This document shows, piece by piece, positions 55,150-63,862 of a DNA stretch of 64,000 bases (positions within the stretch are counted from its first letter, which is position 1; each line of letters opens with the position of its first letter). The DNA is from Bryobacteraceae bacterium (GTDB lineage: Bacteria; Acidobacteriota; Terriglobia; Bryobacterales; Bryobacteraceae): the NCBI GenBank assembly GCA_036268375.1, contig DATAUH010000080.1, positions 2,706 through 66,705 on the forward strand, read 5' to 3'. The notes beneath the pieces were generated by a model. That model saw nothing but the letters and a program-made list of their open reading frames with translations. It searched no databases and was not told where the DNA came from. Both the position numbers and the translations under genes were made by a program.

Positions 55150-56232
55150 TCAATCCACCATGCGCGGCTGCACGAACAGGAAGTGGTCGAAGTAGTAGTG
55201 CATCAGCAACACGCTCAACACCACCACAAAATAGCTTTGATCGGTGCTCAGCGGCGTCGTGGCGCGCACCATCAGCGTCAGAACCACCGTAATTCCCGTC
55301 GCGGCTACGAAACACAGGTAATACGCGCCCATGCCCTTACGCCGTATCAGGCGGCGCATAAATCCATCTTCGATTTCGCCGCGCTGATCGCGCAGCCGGT
55401 TAATCATCCAAAGCAGGAACAGGTACTGGAACGAATGCCAGGTGTTATAGCCCTGAAACAGCACATCCATATTCGATCCCATGGGCAGGCAGAACGAAAC
55501 CACGGTCGTAATCGCAATCAGCAGCGTCTTGGGAACATTGCCGCGGCCTTCGCGAAACTCCGCGGCCGTCTTCACAATCCATGCGATCAAAAACCCCGCA
55601 AAAACCGCTCCCGCCAGCGCCGCCAATGGGTACGGTTTCAGAAATCCGGGGTAGGGAAGCAGCACGCCGCCGACATGGAATTGCTCCTGCGAGATTTTGT
55701 AGATCCCTATCGGATACAATCCCGTCAAAATCAACCCGTAGTCCACCAGTCGCGACCACTTGATCTCCATCAACCCGCCGCGCTCTCGATAGCAATCGGT
55801 CAGATACATGATTTGATGAAGAACGTGTAACGACGCCCAGGTAAAGAAGAAGGTAATCAGCGCCGTATAGTGGGTAATACCCAGATACAGCACGATCGGC
55901 GGTAGTAACAGCGCAAAGTAAGTGTAAGCGGGATGCTTGGTGCGGAACCTATTATCTAGAAACGTGTAACTGATCGTTGAAAATAGGTGCGGCCCGCCGA
56001 TCAACAGCGAAACTACGATGTTGATCATGTCGACCGCCTTTTCCTGGGTCATCCATCCCGTCGTTTGCGCAATCCAGGAGACAAGAAAAGGTAGGGGAAC
56101 AAGAGCCGAACTGAAAATGATTAGGGTAAGATCCCACTTGCGACTGTAGATCCAACCCGGTTCACGTTGGGCGACGCTCATCGCAGCAGCAGCCATGCGA
56201 AAGATCATACCCCGATGCCGCGCCCACTTCAA
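55150..56232 (-). CDS. Polytopic membrane protein of unknown function with conserved-looking His motifs
   Basis: The ORF is 360 aa with about 9 hydrophobic spans. It carries GGPHLFST, WASLHVLHQ, NTWHSFQY and LLMHYYFDHF. It is divergent from lpxD. The start is uncertain (several Met codons among the first 18). Confidence 0.5.
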   Translation of the reverse strand: MKWARHRGMIFRMAAAAMSVAQREPGWIYSRKWDLTLIIFSSALVPLPFLVSWIAQTTGWMTQEKAVDMINIVVSLLIGGPHLFSTISYTFLDNRFRTKHPAYTYFALLLPPIVLYLGITHYTALITFFFTWASLHVLHQIMYLTDCYRERGGLMEIKWSRLVDYGLILTGLYPIGIYKISQEQFHVGGVLLPYPGFLKPYPLAALAGAVFAGFLIAWIVKTAAEFREGRGNVPKTLLIAITTVVSFCLPMGSNMDVLFQGYNTWHSFQYLFLLWMINRLRDQRGEIEDGFMRRLIRRKGMGAYYLCFVAATGITVVLTLMVRATTPLSTDQSYFVVVLSVLLMHYYFDHFLFVQPRMVD

Positions 56233-56340
56233 TTACGTTTGTATTCTCACCTCGAGTTTTATTGGTTTGCATCTCCACCCACTTGCCGCGCATGTGGAAC
56301 CGGCTCGCAGCCCTCCCGCGTTACCCTTAATGGTGGCGCC

Positions 56341-57363
56341 ATGACCCTCCGCGAAATCGCCAATTCCCTCCACTGCCGCCTCGAAGGCGACCCTGCAATC
56401 GAAATCCGCGCTGTCTCCTCCATGGAGCGCGCCGGCGCGGGCGATCTCACCTTCCTCGCCAACCCGAAGTACGCTCACAAGGTCAAGCACACCGAAGCCA
56501 GCGCCATTCTCGCCACCGCCGCCGTCCCCGGCATCGCTACTCTCGTCTCGGAAAATCCATATCTCGATTTCGCCCGCGCCCTCGCGCTCTTCTATCAGCC
56601 TCCGTCGCCCGCGCCCGGCATTCACCCCCTCGCGTCCATCGCTCCAACCGCTACCATCGCTGAAAACTGCTCCATTGGACCTTTTGCCGTCGTCGGCGAA
56701 CGCGTCCGCATCGGCCGCAATGCCGTCATTCACCCTCACGTCGTCATCTATGAAGGCGCTGAGATAGGCGACGATTTCCTCGCCCACTCCCATGCCGCCG
56801 TACGCGAATTCTGCCGCATCGGAAATCGCGTTACGTTACAAAACGGCGTCGTCGTCGGAGGCGATGGCTTCGGCTTCGCCAAGCGCGCCGACCGCTCCCA
56901 CGAAAAAATCGTCCAGTCCGGCGTCACCATCATAGAAGATGACGTCGAGATCCAAAGTCTGACCTCCGTCGACCGCGCTACCGTCGGCGAGACCCGCGTC
57001 CGCCGTGGCGCCAAAATCGATAGCCTCGTACAGATCGGTCACGCCTGCGTCGTCGGCGAAGACAACATCATCTGCGCCCAAACCGGCTTGGCCGGCAGCA
57101 CCACTCTCGAACGCGACGTGCTCCTCGCCGGCCAGGTAGGCTCCGCCGGTCACCTTACCGTGCACGAAGGCGCCATCGTATATGCGCAGAGCGGCATCGG
57201 CAGCGATGTGCCGGCCAATTCCCGCATCTCCGGCTCGCCCGCCTACGCCGCCAATGAATGGCTGCGCGTCATCACAGCCCTTCCCAAGTTACCCGACTTA
57301 CTCAAGACGATTCGCGACTTACAAAAGAAAGTGGAATCACTGGAGAAACATGCCTCAAGCTAA
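56341..57363 (+). CDS. lpxD: UDP-3-O-acylglucosamine N-acyltransferase
   Basis: The N-terminus reads MTLREIANSLHCRLEGDPAIEIRAVSSMERAGAGDLTFLANPKY. A long hexapeptide-repeat region and a C-terminal helix follow. The ORF is open from 56167. Confidence 0.85.
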   Translation: MTLREIANSLHCRLEGDPAIEIRAVSSMERAGAGDLTFLANPKYAHKVKHTEASAILATAAVPGIATLVSENPYLDFARALALFYQPPSPAPGIHPLASIAPTATIAENCSIGPFAVVGERVRIGRNAVIHPHVVIYEGAEIGDDFLAHSHAAVREFCRIGNRVTLQNGVVVGGDGFGFAKRADRSHEKIVQSGVTIIEDDVEIQSLTSVDRATVGETRVRRGAKIDSLVQIGHACVVGEDNIICAQTGLAGSTTLERDVLLAGQVGSAGHLTVHEGAIVYAQSGIGSDVPANSRISGSPAYAANEWLRVITALPKLPDLLKTIRDLQKKVESLEKHASS

Positions 57364-58150
57364 CGTTCCGAGCGACGGCCGCCATCCGGTCCCTTATCTG
57401 AATCCCAAGTTCATGAATGGGCCCGATGGGCGCGCGTTGCGTATCTTATCCGAATACCTCGAGCCTTTGGCCGTTTACCGCCGCGAGCGCGTCCGCGACA
57501 CCGTAGTCTTTTTCGGCTCCGCCCGTATTCGCGAAGATGGCCCGCTCGGGCAGTTTTATAAGGATGCCCGCGAACTCGCGCGTCTTGTCACCGAATGGGC
57601 GCAGCAGTTCATCGATGGCTCCTACCGTTTCGTGATCTGCTCCGGCGGCGGCCCCGGCATCATGGAAGCCGCCAATCGCGGCGCGGCGGACGCCAATGGA
57701 AAAACCATCGGCCTCAATATCGGCTTGCCCTTCGAGCAGCTCCCCAACCCCTACATCACTCCCGAGCTCAGCTTCGAATTCCACTACTTCTTCATGCGCA
57801 AGTTCTGGTTCGCCTACCCCGCCAAAGCGCTGGTCGTCTTTCCTGGGGGATTCGGCACCATGGACGAAATGTTCGAAATTCTCACTCTCGTCCAAACTCA
57901 AAAGCTCGCCAAAAAAATCACCGTGCTGCTCTATGGCTCCCAATATTGGAAAGAGGTTTTGAACTTTGACGCGCTCGTGAAGTGGGGCGCCATTTCCAAA
58001 GAAGACCTGAACCTTTTCCAATACGCTGACGATCCGGCCTCCGCCTTCGACCTGCTCAAACACGGCCTTCTCGAATACGCGCAGCCCGAAACCGCCGAAA
58101 CCCCCGCCATTTCGAAGTCGCGCAACCCGCAAATGCCCGGCGGCGCCTGA
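57350..58150 (+). CDS. LOG/TIGR00730 family nucleotide phosphoribohydrolase-like protein
   Basis: It has VVFFGSAR, GGGPGIMEAANRGA and PGGFGTMDEMFE. It overlaps the lpxD end by 14 nt. Confidence 0.75.
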   Translation: MPQANVPSDGRHPVPYLNPKFMNGPDGRALRILSEYLEPLAVYRRERVRDTVVFFGSARIREDGPLGQFYKDARELARLVTEWAQQFIDGSYRFVICSGGGPGIMEAANRGAADANGKTIGLNIGLPFEQLPNPYITPELSFEFHYFFMRKFWFAYPAKALVVFPGGFGTMDEMFEILTLVQTQKLAKKITVLLYGSQYWKEVLNFDALVKWGAISKEDLNLFQYADDPASAFDLLKHGLLEYAQPETAETPAISKSRNPQMPGGA

Positions 58151-58151
58151 C

Positions 58152-58709
58152 ATGTTCCAGCTCCGCGTAAACGAAGGCGTCGAACTGCGCCAGTTTGAGT
58201 TGGCGGATGCCGAACCCTGTTTCGAATCCGTCGACCGCAACCGCGCTTCTCTTCGCGAGTGGCTGCCCTGGGTCGATCGCACGCATTCGCCCGCTGACAT
58301 CCTCGACTTCCTCCGCAAACGCGCTATTCCCCAATATCAAGCCCGCAACGGTCCCAGTTGCGGCATCTGGGTCGGCGGCCAGTTCGCCGGCTCCCTCGGC
58401 TGTCATCCCATCGATTGGCCCAATCGCAGCTGTGCTCTAGGCTACTGGCTGGACGAGCGTTTTCGAGGCCGCGGTCTCATGACCGGCTGCTGCGCCGCAT
58501 TCACCGATTACCTGTTTCGCGAATTGAAGCTGCATCGCATCGCCGTGCGCTGCGCCACTGGCAACCATCGCAGTTGCGCCATTCCGCAGCGCCTCGGTTT
58601 TCGTCAGGAAGGTATCGAGCTGGAGGCCGAGTGGGTCGGTGGCCGCTGGGTCGACCTCCTGAACTGGGGAATTCTGGAACACGAATGGCGACGGTCGGCA
58701 TCGCGCTAG
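58152..58709 (+). CDS. GNAT N-acetyltransferase (RimJ/RimL-like)
   Basis: The ORF is 185 aa with LREWLPWV, LGYWLDERFRGRGLMT, the pattern IAVRCATGNHRSCAIPQRLGFRQEG and a LEHEW tail. Confidence 0.75.
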   Translation: MFQLRVNEGVELRQFELADAEPCFESVDRNRASLREWLPWVDRTHSPADILDFLRKRAIPQYQARNGPSCGIWVGGQFAGSLGCHPIDWPNRSCALGYWLDERFRGRGLMTGCCAAFTDYLFRELKLHRIAVRCATGNHRSCAIPQRLGFRQEGIELEAEWVGGRWVDLLNWGILEHEWRRSASR

Positions 58710-58885
58710 CCTGCATTTCTCACACAGGTTCGTCGCGAGGCGCGTGAGAAGGCCGTGGATACGAGGCGCGCGAAGGTCAGCGCGCGGAGGGCCGCAACGG
58801 CTCGAGCACGCTGAACGAGCGCAACGAAGTAGGCACAGCCTTATCGCGCACCGGAGCAGAAGGTGTGTGAGAAATGCAGGCTAGC
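58705..58885. mobile_element. 181-bp element bounded by 22-bp perfect inverted repeats (MITE-like candidate, or a long structured RNA)
   Basis: The left arm is gctagcctgcatttctcacaca (58705-58726). The right arm is tgtgtgagaaatgcaggctagc (58864-58885), its exact reverse complement. A 137-nt GC-rich interior has no credible ORF. The element lies between convergent genes. Confidence 0.45.
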
Positions 58886-58893
58886 CTCTCGAG

Positions 58894-59886
58894 CTATTGG
58901 ATACGGCGTTTGGCAAACAGGCTCACACCGATCAACCCGGCGCCCATCAGCACCAGCGACATCGGCTCCGGGGCCGGAGTCGCGGCCGCATTCAAAGTGA
59001 GCGGCAGTGCTCCCGTATAGCCGAAGTTATGAAACTCCGTCACGCCGTTGTTGGCGCTGAATGAATTCGCAATCAACTGCCCATCAAACTGGCCGCTGCC
59101 CGCGTTGGTCACCGTGGCATATGGCGCCAGCACTGTTCCTATCACGCTGTACATGCTCAGGCTGGTCGCCTGGTAATAATTGAAAAGCACATTATCGGCC
59201 AGGGATGTCGTGGAATCGCCGTTATAGGAGGAGCCATTGATATTGAAACTCCAGTTCGTCATGGCATCCGAAGTTCCGCTCACATTGAAAACCGCGTAGG
59301 AGCTCGTCGAGCCGAGATTGATATTCACGGTCGTATTTAGCCCAAACATCGACGGATTCACGTTGAAGTAAGTTACCCCGCTCGACAGTGCATTGCACGT
59401 TGTGGTTCCGTACCCGTTCGAGCTGCACGTGCTCGTGGGCGTCTGCTGAGACAAAGTCGCCGACAGCGAATCCGCCATAGTCTGCATTGACGCGAAGTCT
59501 ACCGGGTCGGGTGTCGGAGCTTGCGAATAACTGGAGCCGCTCGCCAACGTTAACGAAAAATCGTGGGGGTCGCCGCCCCCGTAAACATTCCCCTGCGTCA
59601 CGGCGCCGTTGCTGGCGCGGAGGGTGCCCTGCGCAACCAGCGTGTAGCCCGATGGAAAACTGGAAAGCGCTTCCCTCAGAAGCGAGTCTGCAACATTCGT
59701 CGAACTGATCGTTACTGAGCCGCCGGCCGCGATACCGCCGCCGAAATTCGCATTATCCGAAAAACTGCCGAAGACGAGAGCGTTGTAAGGAGAAAGAGAA
59801 AACGAAACGTTGCCGGCGAACGCGGACGTGGCAATCGCGCCTGCCAGGATCAGTATTTTGCCGATTAATCCGAAGGAACTGTACAT
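58894..59886 (-). CDS. Choice-of-anchor-A-like secreted protein with a PEP-CTERM sorting signal
   Basis: The N-terminal part reads YNALVFGSFSDNANFGGGIAAGGSV. The C-terminal part reads TPAPEPMSLVLMGAGLIGVSLFAKRRIQ, that is PEP, a TM span and a basic tail. Confidence 0.75.
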   Translation of the reverse strand: MYSSFGLIGKILILAGAIATSAFAGNVSFSLSPYNALVFGSFSDNANFGGGIAAGGSVTISSTNVADSLLREALSSFPSGYTLVAQGTLRASNGAVTQGNVYGGGDPHDFSLTLASGSSYSQAPTPDPVDFASMQTMADSLSATLSQQTPTSTCSSNGYGTTTCNALSSGVTYFNVNPSMFGLNTTVNINLGSTSSYAVFNVSGTSDAMTNWSFNINGSSYNGDSTTSLADNVLFNYYQATSLSMYSVIGTVLAPYATVTNAGSGQFDGQLIANSFSANNGVTEFHNFGYTGALPLTLNAAATPAPEPMSLVLMGAGLIGVSLFAKRRIQ

Positions 59887-60146
59887 TTATTCTGCCTGAA
59901 TTAAGTGTATGTAAAATAACATCCATCTCGCCAGAACCGAAAGTTTCATACAAATAGGCTAGGTACCATTACCTAGTCCCCTCTATGTTTCTTTCTTTTA
60001 CCCCTCAGACGTGCGTATCTTCACCTAAGGCCCTGTTGCAACCGTTTTCATCCGTGATATTTTCCGGCGTGGACAATAGACGTGGTCCTATCGCGCGCCC
60101 CAGCAGAAAGCGTGTGAGATGCGGATTTAGGGAGGGAACATTTGAA

Positions 60147-62393
60147 ATGAAAAACAAAATCATACAGACGCTCGCCTTTGCGCTTTTCGCCGCCGCAGTG
60201 GGAAATGCGGCAGCTGTTACCACAACAATGAGCGTGACGAATGCAGTCGCGTCGATAACCAGCAGTCCGATAGGGGTGAATGGTCCAGTCACCCTCAGTG
60301 GCATCGGAACAGGAACTTTCAGTGCGCAAGTTACGGCCGGCGCCTCTACAGTGGGTGGTCCGTTCACCATCACTCTGTCCAATGGCAGCACATTTACCGG
60401 CACCGTTACCGTCTCGGTAAGCGTCCTCACTGGTAGCGGAACTGGGTCGGCGACGATTACAGGTGGTACCGGTCTCTACATCGGCTCCACTGGCTCATTT
60501 CCGCAGCTCACTGGGACAGGCTCATTCTCGAGCTCCGGCCTGCTCTTGAACCTTAACGGCAGCGGCACCATCGACATCGGCGGCTCAACCGGAACTACCG
60601 GAACCACGGGCACGACCGGCACGACCGGCACAACAGGCACAACAGGCAGCACGGGTAGCACCGGCTCAACCGGCGCCACCGGAGCCACTGGCACCGGGCC
60701 TACGATCACTGGCGTACTCGACGCCGGCAGCTACACGCCCAACATCGCCCAAGGCAGCATCTTCGTCGTCAAAGGGACCAACCTCAGCGCCAGCGGCTTC
60801 GTGCAGTTCGGATTCCCCCTGCCAACGGTCTGCACCTCAGCTCTCTGTTCCGGAGCCTCCAACGGTCAGATCACCTTCACGCCCGCATCCGGCGGCGCCG
60901 GCGCCCAGGCGGATCTGATATATCTTTACAACCAGAGCGGCACCAACCAGCTCGCCGCCATCCTTCCGTCTACCGTTGCTCCAGGCAACTATAACGTTAC
61001 GGTCACCAATAACAACGGCGCCGTCAGCGCTCCCTTCCCGGCCACGGTCGTCCAAACCAAGCCCGAAATCATCACCCAGGATGGCACCGGCGCTGGATTA
61101 GCCGTCGTTCAAAACTACATCTCGCCCACCGAAACCGATGTCAACCGTTTCACCGTCGGCGCCGTGAATGGCGTCTCCATCTCGCCCGCGCGCCCAAGTC
61201 AGACACTCATCCTGTGGCTCACCGGTCTCGGTCCCATCACCACCGGCGATAACGTAGCCGCCCCGGTGCTCGACGTCAGCCAAACCTCGAAGGTTCAGGT
61301 GATCGTCGGCGGCACGCCGATTACCCCCAGCTTCGCGGGCCGCGCCCCTGGCCTCGCGGGTGAAGACCAGATCGACTTCGTCTTGCCCGCCGGCGTCACC
61401 ACTGGTTGCACCGTTCCTCTCCAGGTCTCGGTCAACGGGGTCGTCAGCGCCACTACATTCCTCGCGATCGCGCCTGATCAGACCTCCGCCGCGTGCGTCC
61501 TTCCCGGCTTCACCACGCAGCAGCTGCAGAACCTGGATAACGGTAGCTCTTACACCATCGGATCCTTCGACGTCACCCAATTTTCGATCTCCGAAACCAT
61601 TCCCAGTATCGGTAACGTGAACGCCAAGATCGATGTCGCTGGCGGCGGATTTGTCTCCTATACGGGCTTCCAGATCGCCGCTTATCAGAACTATCTGCAG
61701 CCGTCCAATGCCTGCATTGTCTCCACCTATTCGTCCACCTCGACCAACCCCAGCATTGTCGGTCAGGCCATCACCAGTAAGTACCTCGACGCGGGCCCAA
61801 TCACGCTCACAGGCCCAAGCGGCTCCGGCATCACCGGGCTCGCGCTGACGGAAACCAGCAACATTTATTCCGTTAACATCGCCACCGAACTCTCCGGTAT
61901 CAGCGGCATTCCCGGAATGCAAAACAACGGAACTGTCATCGCCGGCAATTACACACTGAAAGGCAACGGCGGCGCCGATGTCGGGCCGTTTACTGCCTCC
62001 ATGACGCTCGGGTCTCCGCTCACCATCACCAACGGTCTGCCCTCCACCGTCAATCGCAATACCGACCTGCGTTTGAACTGGACCGGCGGCAACTCGAACG
62101 ATCTCGTCATCATCGTCGGCGAATCGTCGAGCTCGGCCGGAAGCGTCTCTGAATTCCTCTGTACCACCACTGCGGGGCAGGGCGGGTTCACCGTGCCGGC
62201 ATCTATTCTGAGCCAGCTCCCGCCGACTCCTTCGTCGGTAACCGGCGTCGCCAGCAGCGTGTTGTTTGTTGAAACCACCACGCAGCCGGCCAACGGCAAC
62301 GGCACGTTCACGGCGCCGCTCACCGCGGGCGGAAATGTCAATGGTTTCTTCCTTGGTCTGGTGGGAACCGGAGCCAATGTAACTTACAACTAG
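60147..62393 (+). CDS. Large secreted surface protein with a collagen-like G-T-T triplet run and TIGR03437-like / IPT-like domains
   Basis: The ATG at 60147 is preceded by ggaggg. The signal peptide is MKNKIIQTLAFALFAAAVGNAAA. A (G-[TSA]-T)11 run spans aa 146-180. Later segments (PTITGVLDAGSYTP...IFVVKGTNL; FAGRAPGLAGEDQIDFVLP...VSVNG) resemble the Solibacter C-terminal-domain family. The ORF is open from 59985. Confidence 0.65.
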   Translation: MKNKIIQTLAFALFAAAVGNAAAVTTTMSVTNAVASITSSPIGVNGPVTLSGIGTGTFSAQVTAGASTVGGPFTITLSNGSTFTGTVTVSVSVLTGSGTGSATITGGTGLYIGSTGSFPQLTGTGSFSSSGLLLNLNGSGTIDIGGSTGTTGTTGTTGTTGTTGTTGSTGSTGSTGATGATGTGPTITGVLDAGSYTPNIAQGSIFVVKGTNLSASGFVQFGFPLPTVCTSALCSGASNGQITFTPASGGAGAQADLIYLYNQSGTNQLAAILPSTVAPGNYNVTVTNNNGAVSAPFPATVVQTKPEIITQDGTGAGLAVVQNYISPTETDVNRFTVGAVNGVSISPARPSQTLILWLTGLGPITTGDNVAAPVLDVSQTSKVQVIVGGTPITPSFAGRAPGLAGEDQIDFVLPAGVTTGCTVPLQVSVNGVVSATTFLAIAPDQTSAACVLPGFTTQQLQNLDNGSSYTIGSFDVTQFSISETIPSIGNVNAKIDVAGGGFVSYTGFQIAAYQNYLQPSNACIVSTYSSTSTNPSIVGQAITSKYLDAGPITLTGPSGSGITGLALTETSNIYSVNIATELSGISGIPGMQNNGTVIAGNYTLKGNGGADVGPFTASMTLGSPLTITNGLPSTVNRNTDLRLNWTGGNSNDLVIIVGESSSSAGSVSEFLCTTTAGQGGFTVPASILSQLPPTPSSVTGVASSVLFVETTTQPANGNGTFTAPLTAGGNVNGFFLGLVGTGANVTYN
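60582..60689. repeat. 9-bp-periodic tandem repeat encoding the Gly-Thr-Thr collagen-like run
   Basis: The sequence ggctcaacc ggaactacc ggaaccacg ggcacgacc ggcacgacc ggcacaaca ggcacaaca ggcagcacg ggtagcacc ggctcaacc ggcgccacc ggagccact is visible directly. Confidence 0.85.
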
Positions 62394-62441
62394 CCCCGTA
62401 ACTCAGTCGGAGCCCAGGTCAGGAGGTTTACAATCGGGACG

Positions 62442-63284
62442 ATGCATCGTCCCCTTGGATTCCTCCTGGCCTTGGCCGCGCTTCCTTCCTTCGCCACAGT
62501 TACCGATCAGCAGTGCACCGACCTTCTGAAGCACGCCTTAAGCGCCTCCAACCCTGATACGCGTAAAATGGCTGTTGCCGCCCTTAGCCTCGCCGCCTCC
62601 AACGCCGCACTCTTCGATCAATTACAGGCCATGCTCCACGACAAGGACGTCGAAGTCCGTCTCGCCGTCATCGCCGGCCTGCAGGAACTTAAAACCAGGC
62701 ACGCGATCGAGGCGTTAAAACAAGCCCTCAAAGATCCCGCTCCCGAAGTCAGTTTCGCCGCCGCCAAATCCCTCTGGACCCTCAACGACCCCGCCGGCAA
62801 GCAGGCGCTTCTGAGCGTCCTGGCGGGCGAAAGCCGCACCTCATCCGGCTTCTTCAGTAAGGAAATGCGCGACGCCATGCGCATGATGCACACTCCGCGC
62901 ACTACATTCATCTACGCCGCCCGTCAGGGCGTCGGATTCGCGCCCGTACCCGGCCTCGGTATGGGCATCTCATCCATGCAGCAGATTCTCATGGACCCTG
63001 GAGTCTCCGGCCGCGCCGCCGCCGCTCTGTTGCTCGAGCGCGACAAGGATCCCGCCACCACCGCCGCCCTCGAAAACGCGCTCTTCGATAAGGACTGGCG
63101 TGTTCGCGCCGCCGCCGTGCACTCTCTCGCCATGCGTAACGACCCCAGGCTCCGCCCCGAGATCGAACCCATAATCGAAGACGATAAAGAAGAAGTTCGC
63201 CTCCGCGCCGCCGCAGCCCTCTTGCGCCTCTCCGCGGTCCAGGCCAAATTCAAAGCCCGCGCGGCCGCGGCCAGGAAAGAGTAA
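62442..63284 (+). CDS. Secreted HEAT-repeat protein
   Basis: The signal peptide is MHRPLGFLLALAALPSFA. Repeated ...D.D..VR..A...L modules follow (HDKDVEVRLAVIAGL, KDPAPEVSFAAAKSL, FDKDWRVRAAAVHSL, DDKEEVRLRAAAALL). Confidence 0.7.
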   Translation: MHRPLGFLLALAALPSFATVTDQQCTDLLKHALSASNPDTRKMAVAALSLAASNAALFDQLQAMLHDKDVEVRLAVIAGLQELKTRHAIEALKQALKDPAPEVSFAAAKSLWTLNDPAGKQALLSVLAGESRTSSGFFSKEMRDAMRMMHTPRTTFIYAARQGVGFAPVPGLGMGISSMQQILMDPGVSGRAAAALLLERDKDPATTAALENALFDKDWRVRAAAVHSLAMRNDPRLRPEIEPIIEDDKEEVRLRAAAALLRLSAVQAKFKARAAAARKE

Positions 63285-63286
63285 CT

Positions 63287-63862
63287 ATGCTCGTTCTGGC
63301 CTCGCAGTCTCCCCGTCGCGCCGAAATTCTGCGCAACGCCGGCATTCCCTTCGTCGCGCGCCCTGCCGCCGTCGATGAAACCCCGCGCAACGGCGAAGCG
63401 CCCCTCGATTACGTCACGCGCCTCGCCGAAGAAAAGGCCGTTGCCATCTCAGCCGCCGCGGACGACATCGTCCTCGGAGCCGACACCACCGTTGTCATCG
63501 ATGGTAAAACCCTGGGCAAACCCGTCGACGAAGCCGATGCGCGCCGCATGCTGTCCCTCTTAGCTGGCCGCCGCCACGAAGTCATCACCGGCATCTGTTT
63601 CGTGCGCGGAGCCGAGCGCATCAGCGATTCCGCCGTCACTGAAGTCTGGTTCGCGGCCATGAGCGAAGCCGAAATCGCCGAATACGCCGCCAGTGGCGAG
63701 CCTCTCGATAAAGCCGGCGCCTACGCCATCCAGGGCCTCGCCTCGCGCTACATCGACAAAATCAACGGCTGCTACTTCAACGTGGTGGGGCTGCCCGTCT
63801 CTATGGTGTGGAATCACCTCAGGTACTTCACAAAAAGCACAGCGTTGCCGCGCTCGTTGTAA
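63287..63862 (+). CDS. maf: Maf family nucleoside-triphosphate pyrophosphatase
   Basis: The ORF is 191 aa with MLVLASQSPRRAEIL, GADTTV, KAGAYAIQG and NVVGLP. Confidence 0.9.
   Translation: MLVLASQSPRRAEILRNAGIPFVARPAAVDETPRNGEAPLDYVTRLAEEKAVAISAAADDIVLGADTTVVIDGKTLGKPVDEADARRMLSLLAGRRHEVITGICFVRGAERISDSAVTEVWFAAMSEAEIAEYAASGEPLDKAGAYAIQGLASRYIDKINGCYFNVVGLPVSMVWNHLRYFTKSTALPRSL

Noticed and set aside
59985-60146. A 54-codon upstream extension of the large secreted protein ORF.
   Set aside because: The extension crosses an AT-rich promoter-like region. A strong ggaggg SD and a classical signal peptide begin at ATG 60147.
60582-60689. A short-period direct repeat that could superficially suggest a CRISPR or VNTR locus.
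   Set aside because: The period is 9 bp with no spacers, and it lies inside a coding frame encoding Gly-X-Y triplets. It is not a CRISPR array. I reported it as a coding repeat instead.
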